Origin: an uncultured Ruminococcus sp.
GTDB lineage: Bacteria > Bacillota > Clostridia > Oscillospirales > Ruminococcaceae
NCBI GenBank assembly: GCA_900541495.1
Contig: UQKC01000001.1
Location: 39,178-103,177, forward strand
DNA: 64,000 nucleotides
Direction of reading: 5' to 3'
Position numbers and translations under genes: made by a program. Of the stretch, positions 50,038 to 62,417 are shown one piece after another (the stretch's first letter is position 1; the number at the start of each line of letters is the position of its first letter). The notes beneath the pieces were generated by a model. It was not told where the DNA came from. It made no database searches and saw only the letters and a program-made list of their open reading frames with translations.

Positions 50038-50640
50038 TTAATCATTCCCCTGCCTTTGTGATAATTTAGCTGTGATTTTCATAAACTCGTCCCTTGACAT
50101 CATCGTGTTGATGATCTCGAGCATTGCATTTGTCGTCATTAATTCAGGCATTCCGAGATATTTCAAAAGCTCACTTCGCTTCTCGGCGGAGTTGTTTCCT
50201 CCCGAAAGTCCCGCTTCAAAAAGGTCAAGCTTTGTAACAGGTTCTCGCTCGCTGTCAGCCTCGGTCGAAATAACTCCCGCCTTGCGGAAAGCTTCAAGCA
50301 ATATCTGTGTGTCAATACCCTCAACACCTATCTTGCCCTCTTTGGACGGAGCAGCTTTGCGTTTTTCCTTGCCGAAAATATCGGGAATATAAACATTCGT
50401 TATTTTGCCGTCGGATATTGCACCTTTGAGAAAATTCCGTATCTTAAAGCCTGCACTGTCCGAATCGGTCAGAATAATTATTCCCTTATTTTTTGCAAAA
50501 AATCTTATTATTTCAAGTTTTTCCTTATCTTTTATAACAGAAAAACCGTTTGTTGTTATTATCACTGCATCGACAACAGAGGAAAGCTTTATTTTATCAT
50601 ATTTTCCCTCGACGATCACAGCCTGTTCAAGATGAAGCAT
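50038..50640 (-). CDS. rnmV: Toprim-domain ribonuclease M5-like protein
   Basis: AVIVEGKYDKIKL...IITTNG Toprim signature plus DSD acidic motif. Confidence 0.6.
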   Translation of the reverse strand: MLHLEQAVIVEGKYDKIKLSSVVDAVIITTNGFSVIKDKEKLEIIRFFAKNKGIIILTDSDSAGFKIRNFLKGAISDGKITNVYIPDIFGKEKRKAAPSKEGKIGVEGIDTQILLEAFRKAGVISTEADSEREPVTKLDLFEAGLSGGNNSAEKRSELLKYLGMPELMTTNAMLEIINTMMSRDEFMKITAKLSQRQGND

Positions 50641-50649
50641 AAAAATTTC

Positions 50650-51693
50650 CTATTCAAGCGACAGCATTTGAACGATTGCTTCCTGCAAAAGCACAATGCT
50701 GTCCGTTTTTGATGATTTTATTTTATAATCGGTTTCGGTAAGTATATTTAAGCATTTTCTTAAATGTGAAGTTGAGTAGAACCTTGCATCGCGATAAGCG
50801 TTATTGACACGGAATTCCATATTTTTTTTATAATTGAAGTCCGAGATTATCTCGCCCGTCGATTTTCTGCTGCCTATGCCAAGTTTTACCCGATAAAGGT
50901 CAAGCATATTTCCCGAAATTGCATATATGATCCTTATCGGTTCTTCTTTTTCAAGTATAAGATCGTTAAGAAGCTGAATGGAATTGTATTTGTCACGCCT
51001 TGCAATCGCGCTTGCAAGCTTATATGTCGTCGCTTCAAGCTGCCTTGGAGAAACAAGGTCAATATCAGCCTTGGTTATCTCTCTCCCGCTTTTGTATGCT
51101 ATCAGCTTGTCTGTTTCATTCGCCGTAATCATAGAATCACAGCCGCATAGCTTCGCAAGATAAACAGCTGTATCCTTTGATATCGAACCTCCGCTTTTTG
51201 TCACCTTTGCAACGATAGCCTTTGCAAGTTCTTCTGCAGTTTTCAGTTCAAAAACACAAACATCGCCTTTTTGGGAAACAGCATCAACAAGCTTTTTATA
51301 TTTCGGCGAAGGATACTTTTTTCCTTCTGTAATATCTATCGAAGTGTAGAAAAAAACAACTATAGTGGTTTCGGGAATATCGGGAATGTACTTCAAAACA
51401 TCGGAAAGCATATCCTTGCCGTCTTTGTTGGCTATAAGGTCACTCACAACACAGCAAACGTGTTCTGCAAACACAGGCAAAGCTTCGCAGGCTTCGTAGA
51501 ATTCCTCATAGTCAAAATTTTTGCCATCAAAAACATGATAATTATAAACATCGTCAGTCTTTACAGCCTTTGAAACGAGTGCATTTTTATATTTTTCAAC
51601 CGAAACAATGTCTTTACCGTAAAAACAGTACACACTTTTGAACTGAGCCGAGCGTATCACAGCTTTAAGTTCATTTTCAATAATAGTCGGCAC
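50650..51693 (-). CDS. holA: DNA polymerase III delta subunit
   Basis: 347 aa, clamp-loader delta fold pattern; overlaps the comEC stop. Confidence 0.8.
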   Translation of the reverse strand: MPTIIENELKAVIRSAQFKSVYCFYGKDIVSVEKYKNALVSKAVKTDDVYNYHVFDGKNFDYEEFYEACEALPVFAEHVCCVVSDLIANKDGKDMLSDVLKYIPDIPETTIVVFFYTSIDITEGKKYPSPKYKKLVDAVSQKGDVCVFELKTAEELAKAIVAKVTKSGGSISKDTAVYLAKLCGCDSMITANETDKLIAYKSGREITKADIDLVSPRQLEATTYKLASAIARRDKYNSIQLLNDLILEKEEPIRIIYAISGNMLDLYRVKLGIGSRKSTGEIISDFNYKKNMEFRVNNAYRDARFYSTSHLRKCLNILTETDYKIKSSKTDSIVLLQEAIVQMLSLE

Positions 51694-53812
51694 AGCTTAA
51701 CACCTCCGCTTCAAAGCCGTCATCATAAGCCTTTATAATTACATTTTCACCGTAAAAATTTCGAGTGTCTTTGTTTGCAGCGGTTTCAATTTTGCTGTCA
51801 GCAAATATCTGAACTTTGCCGCTGATATTTTCATAAAACTTTCTTCCTGCATACTCAATAACAACGTCATATTCGCCTGCTGACGCAGCATTTTTTCGTC
51901 CGTCATAAGCGAATATATCACAGCCGTTCACATTCAGCATCAGTGTATTGTTATCCATTATATTTAGAGTGTAGGTCGGCATTGTTATGACCGCTGTTTG
52001 GCTTTCATCATATCCTTTGTGAACTGCATCTATAAAGCCTTGCACAGATTCTTCATATTTACTCGGATATATGATAGTACCGATATTATATAGCCTGCTT
52101 CGCGCAGAATATGTCGAAACAGATGCCTGCGCATCAACAAGAAGTCCTATCATCTCTATTCGGTATATTCCCTTTCGGTCAAGATATTTGAATATCTCAT
52201 CAGCACATAAACCGCCCTTGTTAAGGTCGATTATTGATGCATTCTTCTTATCATTTATAACAATAGTTGAAGAACTTCCGCTTTTTATAAATGCAACATC
52301 AATATGATTCGACGGAACAAATCGATAAACATAGACCGCAAACACACATAAAACACACGCTGCCGTATAAACTATCGCAGTCGTTTTTACCTTACGAAAA
52401 TATACCGCCGCCGCAATCGTCACAGCCAAAGCCGCAATTATCGCCCAATAAGAAAACCTGTTTGAAACAGCAATATATGTAAAGTGCATTTCGCCAATGA
52501 GCTTTACACTCGCAAGCACAAACTTGCAGCATATTCCGCTTATCTTCATAAGAGGAACGAGCAGAAAACCCACACCGCCGCTGAAAACAACTATCGTTCC
52601 GCATATAAGTATGACCGAGCATATCGGTATAAGTATTAGATTTGATAATGGTGAAACGACCGATACCTCATCAAAATACAAGAAACATACGGGAAAGACT
52701 ACTGCCGAAACAACAGCCGATGTTATCATCGACTTTGCTGTTTTTCCGATTTTGCGCTTATTTTCAACAACTTTTATTATAGCAGGTGCAACCGCTCCAA
52801 CACCAATAACACCCGTCACCGAAAGTATAAACGAAGCGTCCATAACCGCAAATGGATTGCCGACCGTCAGCAATATAGCAGCAATTCCAAGCGAGTTCAT
52901 AAGATCAGCTCTTCTGTTGAAAAGTGAAGAACCATACACCAAAATAAGCATAACAGCTGCACGAATAACTGAATTTGAAGCTCCCGAAAGCATTACAAAT
53001 GCAAACATCGGTATCAGAACTATTCCAAAACGTGCAAACTTATTCAGCTCTGTCAGCTTCAGCGCAAACCAGAATAGTGAACACACTATAGATAAATGCA
53101 CTCCCGAAACAGCCATTATATGACCTATCCCTGCACGGTACATCATCTTTTTGGTATCGCTCTCAATGTTTGATTTATCACCGAACATAATCGCGTCAAC
53201 AAGCGCATTGCTTTCCGAATCAAGCTGAGTTCGCATTTTGTCATGAATAAACTCTCTGTAATGGCACATTACACGTTTTATAGGCACATTATCCGACGGA
53301 ATAATACTGATTTCGGGTTGATCTATCGACAGAAAATAACCCTTTGCCTTGTAATATTTCAAGCTGTTGAAAGAGAAACTGTTTTTGGGCAGTACAGCAA
53401 TTCCCTTTACAGTGATATCATCTCCGATATTACACATTTTGGCTTCACCATAGCAATAAACTTTTGCATCTATGTTCCCGTTTATTTTTCCGTCAATATA
53501 ATAAAGTGACCTATCATCATTATAGTCGGTAAAATCGGTCAGAACTCCCGAAACAGTAACTTCCTGACCGCTGAAAGAGATAATATTCTGATAGCAAAGC
53601 TTGTCATAGCTAACAAAATAAAATGAGCCTATCGCAAAGCACACCGAACATACAAGGTAAACAATTTTACTCCTGCCTTTGAGTATCAAAATCACGACAG
53701 AAAACACGACTGCCGCAATACTCACTGCAATTACAGCCTCCGATATAAAAAATGATGCGAAAAACAGCCCAAGCAAGTATGAAAAAACCACATAAGCCAT
53801 TTTTCGTATCAT
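51677..53812 (-). CDS. comEC: ComEC/Rec2 DNA internalisation channel protein
   Basis: competence domain (GIGHIMAVSGVHLSIV), many TM helices, C-terminal metallo-beta-lactamase-like region. Confidence 0.85.
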   Translation of the reverse strand: MIRKMAYVVFSYLLGLFFASFFISEAVIAVSIAAVVFSVVILILKGRSKIVYLVCSVCFAIGSFYFVSYDKLCYQNIISFSGQEVTVSGVLTDFTDYNDDRSLYYIDGKINGNIDAKVYCYGEAKMCNIGDDITVKGIAVLPKNSFSFNSLKYYKAKGYFLSIDQPEISIIPSDNVPIKRVMCHYREFIHDKMRTQLDSESNALVDAIMFGDKSNIESDTKKMMYRAGIGHIMAVSGVHLSIVCSLFWFALKLTELNKFARFGIVLIPMFAFVMLSGASNSVIRAAVMLILVYGSSLFNRRADLMNSLGIAAILLTVGNPFAVMDASFILSVTGVIGVGAVAPAIIKVVENKRKIGKTAKSMITSAVVSAVVFPVCFLYFDEVSVVSPLSNLILIPICSVILICGTIVVFSGGVGFLLVPLMKISGICCKFVLASVKLIGEMHFTYIAVSNRFSYWAIIAALAVTIAAAVYFRKVKTTAIVYTAACVLCVFAVYVYRFVPSNHIDVAFIKSGSSSTIVINDKKNASIIDLNKGGLCADEIFKYLDRKGIYRIEMIGLLVDAQASVSTYSARSRLYNIGTIIYPSKYEESVQGFIDAVHKGYDESQTAVITMPTYTLNIMDNNTLMLNVNGCDIFAYDGRKNAASAGEYDVVIEYAGRKFYENISGKVQIFADSKIETAANKDTRNFYGENVIIKAYDDGFEAEVLSCADYY

Positions 53813-53830
53813 ATAAATTACCTCCGAGTT

Positions 53831-56804
<2,974 letters not shown>

Positions 56805-56842
56805 TTTTTATCTACTCCAATCAATTTATATTTTGGCTGAGA

Positions 56843-57586
56843 TCAGTCTTCTTCGTCTTCTTCAGGCATATCCCAGTTGTGATAAACATTCTGAACGTCA
56901 TCATTATCCTCAAGAGCATCGAGAAGAAGATTCATCTTGCGGATAGATTCATCGTCTGTGAGTGTTGTATAGGTCGCAGGGACCATTTCAACATCTGCGG
57001 AAACAAGCTTGTAGCCCTTTTCAACAAGTCCGTCACGAACAGCGGAAAGATCATTAGGCTCTGTTTCGATCTCAATTGTGCCGTCTTCCATTGAGAAATC
57101 AGCAGCTCCGAGATCAAAAACATCTTCCATTACCTTGTCTTCATCAAGACCTTCACCGTCAGCAACGATGATGCCCTTGCTTGAGAACATAAAGGATACA
57201 CAGCCTGTTGTACCGAGGTTTCCGCCGAATTTGTCAAAGTAATGACGGATATCGCCTGCTGTTCTGTTCTTGTTATCGGTGAGAGTTTCAACAATTACAG
57301 CAACGCCGTTAGGACCATAGCCCTCATAAACGTTAGCTTCATAGCTTGTCTTATCTCCGCCGCCTGCAGCTTTCTTAATTACTCTGTCGATGTTGTCATT
57401 AGGTACGTTGTTAGCTTTAGCCTTTGCAATAAGTTCACGGAGCTTGGAGTTGCTGTTGGGATCTCCGCCGCCCTCTTTAACGCAAACTGTGATCTCACGG
57501 CCGATCTTTGTGAAGACCTTAGCTCTTGCGCCGTCTGTTGCTTCTTTCTTTCTCTTGATGTTGTTCCATTTGGAATGTCCTGACAT
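56843..57586 (-). CDS. yebC: YebC/PmpR family DNA-binding regulator
   Basis: MSGHSKWNNIKRKK N-terminus, 247 aa. Confidence 0.9.
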   Translation of the reverse strand: MSGHSKWNNIKRKKEATDGARAKVFTKIGREITVCVKEGGGDPNSNSKLRELIAKAKANNVPNDNIDRVIKKAAGGGDKTSYEANVYEGYGPNGVAVIVETLTDNKNRTAGDIRHYFDKFGGNLGTTGCVSFMFSSKGIIVADGEGLDEDKVMEDVFDLGAADFSMEDGTIEIETEPNDLSAVRDGLVEKGYKLVSADVEMVPATYTTLTDDESIRKMNLLLDALEDNDDVQNVYHNWDMPEEDEED

Positions 57587-57614
57587 AACCTTAAATCTCC
57601 TTATAAATAAAATT

Positions 57615-58295
57615 TTACATTATAATATTTTTGCTGAACAAGTTTAGGTACAGCTTGTTATCTTGAGTTTTTATCGGCTCTCCGCGCGTGAAAAGTATGC
57701 GCTTGGGAGCAATTTTCTTTAACCTTGTTATGAACTGTCTTGCCTTCTTCGGACTTTCACACAGAGCAGGAAAACAAGGATAAATAATATTCATCACAGC
57801 GTCGCCTATGTATAGATCATTGCCAAATTTATAAGCGAGTGAACCCATTGTGTGTCCCTCCGCCGAATAAATTTTGCATTCTGCACCGATCTCGGACGAA
57901 ATATCGGAATTTTCATCAATGAACTTGTAAACATCGAATAGTTCAACGGGTTTGCTTCGTTTTCTCTCTTCAAGAAAGCTCAAAGCCGCACCCGTAAGTC
58001 CGACTGAAAAAACATTTCTGTCTGATCTGCCCGAAGCGAGCACATAATCAGCTTCGCTCATATAAATAGGCGCATCGAAAAGCTCGGAAAAATACTTGGC
58101 GTTTCCGGTCACTTCACTGTGACCGTGCGTAAGCAGAATCTTCTTTATATTGTAGTTGATAAGCCACATTTCAATGCTGTCACGGTATCTTGCTTCGCCC
58201 GTGTCAATGAGAATATCACCGTCAGGCGCTTTCACAACATAGCAGTGAACACCATCGCAGTCGATCATATTAAGATCATCATACAGACCGCTCAT
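57615..58295 (-). CDS. MBL-fold metallo-hydrolase
   Basis: LLTHGHSE(V)TG motif; start at ATG 58295 after GGAGG. Confidence 0.7.
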   Translation of the reverse strand: MSGLYDDLNMIDCDGVHCYVVKAPDGDILIDTGEARYRDSIEMWLINYNIKKILLTHGHSEVTGNAKYFSELFDAPIYMSEADYVLASGRSDRNVFSVGLTGAALSFLEERKRSKPVELFDVYKFIDENSDISSEIGAECKIYSAEGHTMGSLAYKFGNDLYIGDAVMNIIYPCFPALCESPKKARQFITRLKKIAPKRILFTRGEPIKTQDNKLYLNLFSKNIIM

Positions 58296-58296
58296 T

Positions 58297-58686
58297 TCAC
58301 ACCTCCGTATTATTCCAAATATAATCAAAAAGTTCGTTTATCCTCGCATTATCGCCGAGCAGATCGAGATACCCGAAAAGAGTTTCAAGCGAAGTTGCTC
58401 TGCGGTATTCGATAGGATTTGAACTCTTGGGGACAGTGTTGGAAGTTGCATTCCGCCCCCTTTTCATAATATCAGTTTCAGCCTCGGTAAGAAGCGGAAG
58501 TATAACATCGACTGCTTTTGACTGATAGCCTGCGCGAACCTTTTCAACAGCTTCCTTGTGAAGCTTGTTTACAGACATATTTGCCGTTTTGACAAGCTTT
58601 TCTCTGACAAGCCTTTCATAGACCGCATCACCGAGAAAAGCAAGCGTCAGCGGACTGTACTGATTTACTTCATGTTTTTCTATGAT
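58297..58686 (-). CDS. mrnC: mini-ribonuclease III (MrnC), start codon uncertain (non-canonical ATC/ATA candidate)
   Basis: LTLAFLGDAVYERLVRE and KRGRNA motifs in one frame; no ATG/GTG/TTG between the upstream in-frame stop and the conserved N-terminus. Confidence 0.55.
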   Translation of the reverse strand: MIEKHEVNQYSPLTLAFLGDAVYERLVREKLVKTANMSVNKLHKEAVEKVRAGYQSKAVDVILPLLTEAETDIMKRGRNATSNTVPKSSNPIEYRRATSLETLFGYLDLLGDNARINELFDYIWNNTEV

Positions 58687-59210
58687 ACATCACCCTTAGT
58701 TATCGTTCCCGAATTATGGCTGAAATGAAACAGCATATCTATAAAGCTTTTGTGATAAGGAATAAAAATACCATTGTCTATCATTGCTTTTATCTCATCA
58801 ATATCCGCCCATTTAGCATTTTGGACTTCCTCATTCTGAAGATGAAGCTTCGACGGGTCAACATCCATATTCACCGCATACCAATCGTCAAAAACTTTCC
58901 CGGTATCTATTGTGATGAAGCGTCTGAGCTGTTTGGTATCAAGCTTGATGCCCAATTCTTCATGGACCTCTCTTACAGCCGCCAATAAACTCGTATCGCC
59001 CGAAACAGCACTGCCCCCGACACTTACGTCCCACATATTGCTCCAACCCTTTTTAAAAGGCTGTCTTTGCTGAATAAGCATTCTGCCGTCCGTGCCGAAA
59101 ATACAGATATGAACTACCATTCTATGGTATCCATCAGGGGTTTTATCTCCCCTTATCATGGTTTTCCCTGTCTTTATGCGGTTTTCATCGTATAGATCAA
59201 ATATCTCCAT
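58680..59210 (-). CDS. NUDIX hydrolase
   Basis: Nudix box AAVREVHEELGI. Confidence 0.8.
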   Translation of the reverse strand: MEIFDLYDENRIKTGKTMIRGDKTPDGYHRMVVHICIFGTDGRMLIQQRQPFKKGWSNMWDVSVGGSAVSGDTSLLAAVREVHEELGIKLDTKQLRRFITIDTGKVFDDWYAVNMDVDPSKLHLQNEEVQNAKWADIDEIKAMIDNGIFIPYHKSFIDMLFHFSHNSGTITKGDVS

Positions 59211-59222
59211 AACAGCTCACCA

Positions 59223-60503
59223 TTAATATACGAAGTCGAACTCAAATCCATAGATATTTACGACATCGCCTTCGTTGATGCCCATTTCTTCAAGCTTGTC
59301 GATGATACCGGTATTGCGAAGAACACGCTGGAAGTACTGGAGCGAAGAATAATCGTCCATATCAACTGTGCGCATAATGTTTTCAAGCCACGGAGCTTCA
59401 ACATAGTAAACAGCGTCATCGCCTCGGGTGATCTCGAACTTCTCGCCAATACCTGCACGTTCATCGAGCTCTTTCTGTGTAAGCGGTTCAGGCTTATATT
59501 CCTTTATCGGAGGAAGTGTGTCAAGCTTAGCCGAAACAGCAGCCATAAGTTCTTTCGTACCCTGCGTTGTTGCGGCAGAGATCTGATAAAATTCAAGTCC
59601 CTTGCTTTCAATATAAGCCTTGAACTCCTCTATCTGCTCGGGAGAAGCCATATCACACTTGTTGGCAGCAACTATCTGAGGTCTGTCAGCCAAGTCCTCA
59701 CTGAAATTGCGAAGCTCTCTGTTTATTATCTCAAAATCTTCCTTAGGATCACGACCCTCAACACCAGAAACATCAACAACGTGTACAATGAGTCTGCATC
59801 GGTCAACGTGACGGAGAAACTCGTGTCCAAGTCCAACACCCTCGCTCGCTCCCTCGATAAGTCCGGGAATATCAGCCATAACAAAAGATTTTCCCTCTGT
59901 TACCTTGACAACACCAAGAACAGGTGTAAGCGTAGTAAAATGATAATTTGCGATTTTCGGCTTTGCAGCGGAAACAACTGAGATAAGTGTTGATTTTCCG
60001 ACATTCGGGAAACCTACAAGACCTACATCTGCAAGCAGTTTAAGTTCAAGTGTTACCTCAAATTCTTCACCCACAAATCCGGGCTTTGCAAACTTTGGTA
60101 TCTGTCTTGTCGGAGTAGCAAAACGGGCATTGCCCTTTCCGCCTTTTCCACCTTTGGCAATAACCTTCGGTTCATCGGTTGACATATCAGCCATTATACG
60201 TCCCGTTGCAGCATCACGAATGACCGTTCCCTGCGGAACTTTTATTATAAGGTCAGCAGCATTTCTTCCCGTACAGTTCCCTGCGCCGCCGTTCTGACCC
60301 TTTTCAGCAACATATTTGCGTTTGTATCGGAAGTCGATAAGCGTTGATATGTTTGTATCAACAACAAAAACAATATCTCCGCCTTTTCCGCCGTCACCGC
60401 CGTCAGGGCCGCCTGCAGCAACATATTTTTCACGGTGAAAGGAAACAGCGCCATCACCGCCGTCACCTGCTTTAATATAGATCTTAGCCTTATCAACGAA
60501 CAT
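59223..60503 (-). CDS. obg: GTPase Obg
   Basis: MFVDKAKIYIKAGDGGDGAVSFHREK Obg fold N-terminus, G1 motif GFPNVGKST, C-terminal OCT domain. Confidence 0.95.
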   Translation of the reverse strand: MFVDKAKIYIKAGDGGDGAVSFHREKYVAAGGPDGGDGGKGGDIVFVVDTNISTLIDFRYKRKYVAEKGQNGGAGNCTGRNAADLIIKVPQGTVIRDAATGRIMADMSTDEPKVIAKGGKGGKGNARFATPTRQIPKFAKPGFVGEEFEVTLELKLLADVGLVGFPNVGKSTLISVVSAAKPKIANYHFTTLTPVLGVVKVTEGKSFVMADIPGLIEGASEGVGLGHEFLRHVDRCRLIVHVVDVSGVEGRDPKEDFEIINRELRNFSEDLADRPQIVAANKCDMASPEQIEEFKAYIESKGLEFYQISAATTQGTKELMAAVSAKLDTLPPIKEYKPEPLTQKELDERAGIGEKFEITRGDDAVYYVEAPWLENIMRTVDMDDYSSLQYFQRVLRNTGIIDKLEEMGINEGDVVNIYGFEFDFVY

Positions 60504-60687
60504 ATAATACTCCGTTCCAAGGAATCATTGATTCCTACAATCAAGCGGCTCTGCCGCATTCAGACATTAAAATACATTATATTATACCACATTTTTTGAA
60601 TAGTTGTCAATAATTTTTAAGATAAATTCGCCGTAAACGCTGTTTTCCTTTCATCGATAAACAATATTCCTTTATATAAAAACAAAA

Positions 60688-60714
60688 AGGGATAGATATC
60701 TATCCCTTTTTAAA
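60688..60714. terminator. terminator hairpin after rpmA (aaaaagggatagatatctatccctttttaa)
   Basis: perfect palindrome with flanking A/T runs. Confidence 0.5.
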
Positions 60715-60728
60715 GTCAGAATATGAAA

Positions 60729-60986
60729 TTAGTCAGCAGTATAAACGCTTACCTTCTTGCGGTCGCGTCCAACTCTTTCAAACTTAACCGTTCCGTCAAC
60801 CTTTGCGAAAAGTGTATTATCGGAACCCATACCAACGCCTTCACCTGGGTGAATGTGTGTACCTCTCTGACGAACAAGGATGTTGCCGGCAATTACTGCC
60901 TGACCGTCTGCTCTTTTAACACCAAGACGCTTGGATTCAGAATCACGTCCGTTCTTGGTGGAGCCCATACCCTTTTTATGTGCCAT
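60729..60986 (-). CDS. rpmA: 50S ribosomal protein L27
   Basis: [24 protein letters not shown]. Confidence 0.95.
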   Translation of the reverse strand: MAHKKGMGSTKNGRDSESKRLGVKRADGQAVIAGNILVRQRGTHIHPGEGVGMGSDNTLFAKVDGTVKFERVGRDRKKVSVYTAD

Positions 60987-61034
60987 ATTGATTACACCTC
61001 CGTTAATCTAAAAATAACTGTTTTGGATAAGAAC

Positions 61035-61349
61035 TTATGCCTTGATAGCGTCGATTCTTACCTTTGTGTAAGGCTGTCTGTGACCCTGCTTCTTGTGAGA
61101 AGAGCCCTTCTTAGGCTTGTAAGTGAAAACAGTGATCTTCTTAGCCTTGCCGTTCTTAAGAACCTTAGCCTCAACTGCTGCACCGTCAACGTATGGAGCA
61201 CCAACTACAAGACCGCTGTCCTTACCAACTGCGATAACTTTGTCAAAGCTTACAGAATCATCAGCATTAACGTCGAGCTTCTCGATGAAGATCTCATCAC
61301 CCTCGGAAACCTGATACTGCTTTCCGCCTGTTTCAATAATAGCGTACAT
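61035..61349 (-). CDS. rplU: 50S ribosomal protein L21
   Basis: [18 protein letters not shown] start; the ORF-track N-terminal extension is not real. Confidence 0.9.
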   Translation of the reverse strand: MYAIIETGGKQYQVSEGDEIFIEKLDVNADDSVSFDKVIAVGKDSGLVVGAPYVDGAAVEAKVLKNGKAKKITVFTYKPKKGSSHKKQGHRQPYTKVRIDAIKA

Positions 61350-61654
61350 TAAAATGGCACCTGCCTTTTCTATAAACTCGCTGTAACAATAGGCGTATGC
61401 AAAAGCATACTTGAAATAGCCTAAGACATGCGGCTTTATTATTATAGCATCGGTCAAGCATTTTGTCAAGCTTTTTTCCGTTTTTCTAAAAAAATTACTA
61501 TTTTGGCATTTTTGCAAGTGATTCGCCAAAGTTTTATATGCATTTTTTACAAAGTTAATAATTATTTAATATTTTAGAAATCAAAATACAAATAATTTGT
61601 TTAAAAATATGTTAAAATATAAATAATAATTCTTATTCTCGGAGGCAAAAACCA

Positions 61655-62377
61655 ATGGCAAAAGAAAAAACTGCTAAAGAAAAAGCTATAAAAGATAAAG
61701 AAGCAGAAAAAGCTTCAAAAAAGAAAACTCCTGCCGCTCCAAATCCAATACTGAAACTTGATAAACAAACTAAAGTTGAGCTTCAGAATTTTCTGTTCGG
61801 AACAAGTGAAAAAAAACTTATGGTTTCGGAAGATTTTTTGAACGGAATGACTATAAAATACATATCAAAAAGAATGAAGATAATCAATACAGCATTCGCA
61901 AATCTTCACACTACCCGTTCAGCCGTCTTCTTCTTTAAAAATACAGCTGAAATCGAAAAGTACATTGAAGACCTTATCGTTCTTGAAAAGTATTATCCGT
62001 TTAAAAATCCAGTACCAAGCATTTATAAGCGCAATTATCTTGCACATAAACCTGCAGCCATTACGGGCATGATTAACAGGGTATGGAAAACCGCACTGCA
62101 AAAATTTCCTCTCAAAGACGATGAATCCCCCGAGGATATAAGCCCTGCTGCTTTGAATTTTTACGATCAGGTGATAAATGAACTGCTCTCTGAAAAGGAT
62201 AACTATTCCGAAAAGGATATGGAAACAATAAATTCATTCTACACCCGTATTCACGGTGAACAAACAGATGAAGAAATGGTAGATCCGCTGATTTCTCCCG
62301 ACGAAGACACTTCTGCAGAGGAAGCAACTGACGATCAGGGCGATTTCTCACTCGATCTTGACGGTGACAATTCATAA
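61655..62377 (+). CDS. hypothetical protein (Lys/Glu-rich N-terminus, acidic C-terminus)
   Basis: 240-aa ORF with RBS GGAGG; no recognisable motif. Confidence 0.5.
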   Translation: MAKEKTAKEKAIKDKEAEKASKKKTPAAPNPILKLDKQTKVELQNFLFGTSEKKLMVSEDFLNGMTIKYISKRMKIINTAFANLHTTRSAVFFFKNTAEIEKYIEDLIVLEKYYPFKNPVPSIYKRNYLAHKPAAITGMINRVWKTALQKFPLKDDESPEDISPAALNFYDQVINELLSEKDNYSEKDMETINSFYTRIHGEQTDEEMVDPLISPDEDTSAEEATDDQGDFSLDLDGDNS

Positions 62378-62417
62378 ACATTCGGTACAGCCTATGTCAA
62401 ATATAGGCTGTACTTTT

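Noticed and set aside
56805-56842. T-box leader upstream of alaS
   Set aside because: Only 38 nt separate alaS from yebC, with no room for a T-box; alaS is probably co-transcribed or uses a minimal promoter.
60245-60559. 104-aa minus-strand ORF overlapping the obg N-terminus
   Set aside because: Alternative frame of the strongly supported obg gene; no independent support.
61350-61654. Possible L21-leader type ribosomal-protein autoregulatory RNA upstream of rplU
   Set aside because: Cannot verify conservation by eye; the region is A/T-rich with an open 164-aa ORF artefact; left uncalled.
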